Positions 59,176 to 64,000 of a stretch of 64,000 nucleotides of DNA are shown here, in pieces; position 1 is the first letter of the stretch; each line of letters begins with the position of its first letter. A program made the translations under genes and the position numbers. A model generated the notes under the pieces. That model did not search any database, had not been told where the DNA came from, and saw nothing but the letters and a program-made list of their open reading frames with translations. Origin of the DNA: Spirochaetota bacterium (GTDB taxonomy: Bacteria; Spirochaetota; UBA12135; COTS27; CBDBHE01); the NCBI GenBank assembly GCA_965205605.1, contig CBDBHE010000008.1:96001-160000 (forward strand), written 5' to 3'.

Positions 59176-60710
59176 TGATTTGTTTTTTTAAGCTTAATTT
59201 TTTTTAAAAAAAAATTAGTAAGTATTTCAACCTCTTTTATCTTTAAAATCTTCCCCAAAGATAAAAAACAAATTAAAAAAAATAAATTCGTAACAAATAT
59301 TTTTAAATAAAGTTCTTGAAAAAATGTTTTGACAAAAAAAGATAAAAAGTAGCTCACTAAAACTAATACTAACATCTTTAGTAAAAACTGCATCTTAATG
59401 AAACTTAGTTCTTTTCTTTCTCTAATAAAAAAAAGATATAAAAAAATAAACAAAATACTATTTGAAATAGCAAACGCAAGGGGAATACTTAAATAAGAAA
59501 AAAAACTAACTAAAAAATAAGAAAGACTTATATAAAAAATAAAATAAAATAAAACTAAAAAACTTAAAGAGGTGATTTTCTTAGTAGTCATGTGAAGTTT
59601 TTTTAAAAATTCATTAATATTTTGAAAAAAAACAGCAACCCCCAAAATAATAATCACAAAAGAAATCTTAATAATATCACTCTCTTTCATTTCTCCATAA
59701 AAAAATAACACTGAAGCCAACTCTTTATTTAAAAGCAAAATAGGAATCATTAGAAAAAAAGACACAAGAACAATCAAGTTAAACCCTAAAGTACAAAGCT
59801 CTTTCATTTCTAGATGATTTTTTTTAAGTGCTTTTAAAGAAAGATCTGGATATAAAGAAACAACCATCCCAGAGCCAATAACAACGATTAATCTATTCAT
59901 CAGTTTTTGAGCAACATCAACAATAAAAATAGCTCCTTGAAAATTAAATCCTGTAATAATCTTTTCTAAAATGGGAATAAGGCATGTGAAAAAATCAACA
60001 GAAATCCAAATCATTATTTTACTTAAATACCGAAAACTATATCGATAAGCTTTAAAGTCAATCTTATTAAAAAATCGATATTTAATACTAAAGTAAAAAT
60101 TAAAAAAAATAAAATTAAAAAACGAACCTAAAACATACCCTATTGTTAAACTACGGAGTCCCCACTCTTCTTTTAAAAAGAAAAGGAAACTAAAAGAAAA
60201 AAAGTTTTGTGTCACTCCCACAAAAGAAGACATTGCTATTTTTTTATTACTTGCAAGAATAGAAGAAAAAAGAACATTGATTCCCGAAAGACCAAAAAAG
60301 AAAAGTAAATCAATGTATAAAGTTTCCATATGAAGTAATAACGCTTCATCCTTACCATACCCCAGTGCAATGATACTAATAATATTTTTTCTCCAAACAT
60401 ATAAAGCAACAATAACAACCAATAAAAAAAAAGATAAAAATAAAAAAAGATAAAAAATAAATCCCCATAAAGTTTTAACCGATTTATTTTTTTTGATTTC
60501 AACAAAATAAGGAGTGAAATTAGCAAAAAAAGCCCCTTTAATAAAAGCTTGCAGTGTAATAAAAAATCCTAAAACAATAATATAAGCATCCGCTTGCTTT
60601 CCTGCTCCAAAAATCGTAGCAATTAAAATATTGGTGGCAAGTGTAAAAACAGCAGCCGATAAAATAATAACAGTGTAAAAAAAAGAATTTTTGGCAACTT
60701 CTTTATACAT
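59172..60710 (-). CDS. MurJ/MviN-like (MOP superfamily) lipid-linked sugar flippase
   Basis: Polytopic membrane protein; FGAGKQADAY, FTPYF, LYPDLS and VLFFYGEM match MviN landmarks but are divergent. Confidence 0.75.
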   Translation of the reverse strand: MYKEVAKNSFFYTVIILSAAVFTLATNILIATIFGAGKQADAYIIVLGFFITLQAFIKGAFFANFTPYFVEIKKNKSVKTLWGFIFYLFLFLSFFLLVVIVALYVWRKNIISIIALGYGKDEALLLHMETLYIDLLFFFGLSGINVLFSSILASNKKIAMSSFVGVTQNFFSFSFLFFLKEEWGLRSLTIGYVLGSFFNFIFFNFYFSIKYRFFNKIDFKAYRYSFRYLSKIMIWISVDFFTCLIPILEKIITGFNFQGAIFIVDVAQKLMNRLIVVIGSGMVVSLYPDLSLKALKKNHLEMKELCTLGFNLIVLVSFFLMIPILLLNKELASVLFFYGEMKESDIIKISFVIIILGVAVFFQNINEFLKKLHMTTKKITSLSFLVLFYFIFYISLSYFLVSFFSYLSIPLAFAISNSILFIFLYLFFIRERKELSFIKMQFLLKMLVLVLVSYFLSFFVKTFFQELYLKIFVTNLFFLICFLSLGKILKIKEVEILTNFFLKKIKLKKTNH

Positions 60711-61744
60711 TAATGAAAATAATATTCATACGCTTTTTTCCAGCGAATTATTCCAACTTTTGAATTATAAAAAGCTTCAGCCGATCTAAAAGATTGACTT
60801 AATTTCTTGGTTTCTTTTTTCTCAAAAAGAAACGATATTTGATTGATTTTAGATTGAGTAAAGTCGGGTTTACTAATATTAATGACAAGCCTAGGTTCAA
60901 TCTTTTTAATGAAATTTTTATTACCTGTTTTATGGCTTACAATAGGAATCAGTCCAGCACTCATCCCTTCCATAATAGAAACAGCATTGGGTTCATAACG
61001 GGCAAGATGTAATTGAAAACAAGCATTTTCAATATAGTCTTCTATTTTTCTTGTAAAAGCAATGAATCTTATCCCATTATCGTAAGCTTCCTTCTCATTA
61101 ATTTTCATATTTTTAAAAAGATATTTTTTAACACCAATAATAAAATATTCACTCTCTTTTGGAATCATCTTTTGTTTTTTTAACTCTAAAAAAAAAGACA
61201 AATTATGATCCAAGCCTTTTAAAAAAGAATTAGAACTAATTGTAATAAAATTATCATTAGGCTTTCTCTTAAGGTTAAAAAGTGCTTTAGCATTTCTAAG
61301 CATAAACCCTTCTGATAATTGAATATCCATTCCTTTGAAAAACTTCAAGTAGTCTTCTTGAACCATTTTTGAAACAGCTATCAAACCATCTGTGTATCGG
61401 TTTAAATTAATGATTTTTTTAAAACAAAATTCCCAAAGTTTTGAAGACTCCATCCAATAAGGAACATTGTCATTGCCTTTAATAATTAATTTGTTGTTTT
61501 TTGTTTTAACCAAAGGAGCAATTGCTGCTGCTGCTGAACCTTCAAAAAAATATTCTTCAAAGCCTTTAAAAAAAAATCCTTGTGCAAAAAATCCTGTTAA
61601 TTTTCCAATCGGCCCCAAAAAATTAATTTTATTTAATTTTTTAATTTTGCCAATATCAAAAATTTCACATAAAATTTTATAAGAATCATGAGGACCATTA
61701 AGGTAAACAAAAAGTTTATGGTTATTTTTTTTAAATAAGCTCAT
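60710..61744 (-). CDS. Glycosyltransferase family 4 (GT-B)
   Basis: IAVSKMV, KGLD, ARYEPNAVSIMEGMSAGLIPIVS (ExxxxxxxE motif). Confidence 0.85.
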   Translation of the reverse strand: MSLFKKNNHKLFVYLNGPHDSYKILCEIFDIGKIKKLNKINFLGPIGKLTGFFAQGFFFKGFEEYFFEGSAAAAIAPLVKTKNNKLIIKGNDNVPYWMESSKLWEFCFKKIINLNRYTDGLIAVSKMVQEDYLKFFKGMDIQLSEGFMLRNAKALFNLKRKPNDNFITISSNSFLKGLDHNLSFFLELKKQKMIPKESEYFIIGVKKYLFKNMKINEKEAYDNGIRFIAFTRKIEDYIENACFQLHLARYEPNAVSIMEGMSAGLIPIVSHKTGNKNFIKKIEPRLVINISKPDFTQSKINQISFLFEKKETKKLSQSFRSAEAFYNSKVGIIRWKKAYEYYFH

Positions 61745-61828
61745 CTTTTATTTTTAAATAAAGTTAATTAATAACGAAAGGGGTTTAAATTTTAAATTAT
61801 GATGTTATGGAATTGTCATTTCTTAAAA

Positions 61829-62491
61829 ATGAATTCCGGAATTGATAAATATTTTAAAATTACTTATTTTATTATAGGCATTTTCATCTACTTTTTTATT
61901 TTTCAACTAATTTTCAACTCAAAAAAAATTTAGAAGATATCAATCTATTAATAAAAAAAAGAAAATATTTTTTTCTTGTTGTTACGGTTTACACTAATTA
62001 TTTTAAGACTACCTATTGTTTTTTTAAAATAAAATCTTTTATTTCTTTTAATTTAGTTTATAAAATTACCATTATTTATTCGCTAATTCAAGCATCTATT
62101 ATAATTTTAGATTTTTTTCTTAGCAACCTTAATTGGAGTGATCCATTTCACATTGGTCACACTATCAAAGATTCCGGCTCAAAAATAAACCACCCATGCT
62201 TTCAAACAAGAGCCTAATTATTAGGTCGATTATACTTTACTGCAACTTTGTTTTATTAGGTTTTTTTTAATTATACCTTTACAAAAACAACGATTGAAAA
62301 AAATGGATCTTTTAATGATAAATTTAAAGAACAACCTTGGATTGAAGTCGATTCTGGATCAAAAAAAAGCTTATTATCTTAAAAATTTTTGTATTAAATT
62401 TAAATTTCAAGAAAAAAAAATACTAAAAAAAGCTGATATCAATAAACTTCTTTCACTTAATCTATACTCGGAGCTCAGAGGTTTTAAGTGA
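61829..62491 (+). pseudogene. Possible decayed membrane-protein gene fragments
   Basis: Short plus-strand fragments in different frames: MNSGIDKYFKITYFIIGIFIYFFIFQLIF, IIYSLIQASIIILDFFLSNLNWSDPFHIGH and FKEQPWIEVDSG. Confidence 0.3.
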
Positions 62492-62696
62492 ATGTGGTCT
62501 ATTAGAAACACTGTTTTTTATTTTTGGAATTCTTTTTATTTTTAAGAATTTTAAAATAATAGAAAAAATTCAGCTAATTGGGGACTTTAGGAATCATTTG
62601 CCTTACTTGTGAAAGTTTTCTTAGTATCTATTTGGGTTTAGTCTTTATTTTATAGTAAAGCAAATTTAAGGAAAAATAAAAATTAGAATTTGATTT

Positions 62697-64000
62697 TTAT
62701 TTTTCCATACTGCCAGGTAGTTTATAATTCAATCGCAACATTCTATAAAGAAATTGTACACAAGAATCAACGACATAATAAAGACAAGGAATAAAAGTTA
62801 AAACAAAAAAAGTACAAAAGACAAGCCCCCATAAAATACCAATTGCCATTGGTTCTAAAAAAGGCTCTGAACCCAAAATACTATAAGCTAAAGGAAGCAA
62901 TCCAACAGCCGTTGTTAAAGTGGTTAAAAGAATTGGTCTTAGCCGATTTTTGCAACTTTCCACTAACGCATCATGAGTAGAATGCCCCTCACGCCTAAGC
63001 TTATTGACAAAACTTACAAGAATCATAGAATCATTAACAACCACTCCAACTAAAGCAACCATCCCTATCATTGGAAAAAGACCCAAAGGAGTATTAGTAA
63101 AAAAAAGCCCCATCATCAAACCTACAAATGCAAAAGGAATCACTGACATCACAATAAAAGGTTGTATAAAGCTTTTAAAAAGAGCTGTTAAAACAATTAA
63201 AACACCCATCAGCGCAATTGCGAGAGCTCTTAACGTAGAGCTAACTTGTTTTTGAGTTTCTTCTTGATCTCCCCCTATTTTTATTTCAACATTAGGGTAT
63301 TTACTTTCTAAACCAGCGACTTTACTTGCAATTAATGCATTGATTTTAGCCGCATTATGTTTTTTACTTTTTACATTAATCAATTGAGACGAAACTGATA
63401 TATATCGACTTTGATCTTCTCGATTAACTGCTGAAAACGAACTCCCTCTTTCAATTAAAGCAAATTTATTTAATAAAATATTTTTTCCATAAATATTTTT
63501 AACCATCACTTCATTTAAATCTTCTCTTTTTTGACTGACATCACTAGGATATTTAACAACAATATCAATATCTTCATTAATCCCTCTCATCGATCGAGCA
63601 ATAGCTGCGATACCTCCATCAAAAGCATTTTTAACAGCAATCGCCGTACTATTAATGTTAATCCCTAAAATAGAAGCAATTTCTTCATTAACTCTAAGAC
63701 GAAATTCTTTTTTTCCTTCTTCAGAAGAAATATCTACACTAATTGTATTAGGAGTATCTTTTAAAAAATCCCGTATTTCTATAGCTGCTTTTTCTGCTGC
63801 ACCTAAATTATCTGAAAAAAATTGAACAAAAACAGGTTTCGGCACAGGCGGTCCCCCTCTTACTTGATCAACTTTATATTTTGTAATCCCTCCAACTTTA
63901 ACGACTTCTTTTTCTATCAATTCAACAATTTGCTTTTCTTTCATTTTATTTTCAGGTTTCAAAACAACTGTAATCGATCCTAAATAAGTCCCTCTATTTT
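62697..64000 (-). CDS. RND family efflux transporter permease (AcrB-like), 3' part; the 5' part lies beyond the window
   Basis: GGPPVPKPV, FKSFIQPFIVMSVIPF, GMVALVGVVVNDSMILV, RLRPILLTTLTT, PMAIGILWG. Confidence 0.93.
   Translation of the reverse strand, partial: NRGTYLGSITVVLKPENKMKEKQIVELIEKEVVKVGGITKYKVDQVRGGPPVPKPVFVQFFSDNLGAAEKAAIEIRDFLKDTPNTISVDISSEEGKKEFRLRVNEEIASILGININSTAIAVKNAFDGGIAAIARSMRGINEDIDIVVKYPSDVSQKREDLNEVMVKNIYGKNILLNKFALIERGSSFSAVNREDQSRYISVSSQLINVKSKKHNAAKINALIASKVAGLESKYPNVEIKIGGDQEETQKQVSSTLRALAIALMGVLIVLTALFKSFIQPFIVMSVIPFAFVGLMMGLFFTNTPLGLFPMIGMVALVGVVVNDSMILVSFVNKLRREGHSTHDALVESCKNRLRPILLTTLTTAVGLLPLAYSILGSEPFLEPMAIGILWGLVFCTFFVLTFIPCLYYVVDSCVQFLYRMLRLNYKLPGSMEK

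Noticed and set aside
1077-63255. Many 60-115 aa ORFs antisense to or nested in long genes (e.g. 1077, 2123, 5481, 25465, 44797, 63004)
   Set aside because: Shadow ORFs of well-supported genes, with no motifs or RBS.
1-64000. CRISPR array, rRNA, IS element or riboswitch
   Set aside because: No regularly spaced repeats, transposase motifs or structured GC-richer leaders were seen; the thrS, glyQ and ribH upstream gaps are too short for T-box or FMN elements.

Overview
Very AT-rich bacterial chromosomal segment, most likely from a Spirochaetota lineage. The basis is the FlhB AAEDEGRTE motif, the flhF-flhG-hyp-fliA-fapA order, flgK-flgL-fliW-csrA and nusB-TPR; glyQ/glyS plus waaA point away from Treponema/Borrelia. 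Bases 1-21.2 kb are a single minus-strand run of flagellar export, regulatory and hook-associated genes with thrS, pyrE, MoxR/DUF58 and a STAS protein inserted. The rest is mostly housekeeping and envelope genes: murG, tRNA-Val(GAC), pgeF, pyrD, rpiB, ribH, nusB, waaA, a signal peptidase, an FtsI-like PBP, ettA, an NSS transporter with an unannotated MetS-type small subunit, glyQS, accA, ClC, a MurJ-like flippase and an RND pump. The main accessory element is a ~1.9 kb insert (24.4-26.3 kb). In it, a 5'-truncated restriction-modification specificity subunit and a 5'-truncated Bro-N/DinD/winged-helix fusion gene meet head-to-head at a short shared core. Other points of interest are a plant/trypanosomatid-type UDP-sugar pyrophosphorylase, two Maf/DUF115 paralogs (one behind a sigma28-like promoter), membrane sensors with missing or degenerate output domains, and several candidate operators. 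A cluster of homopolymer frameshifts at 40-44.3 kb is probably sequencing error. All calls come from motif recognition by eye; no searches were run.
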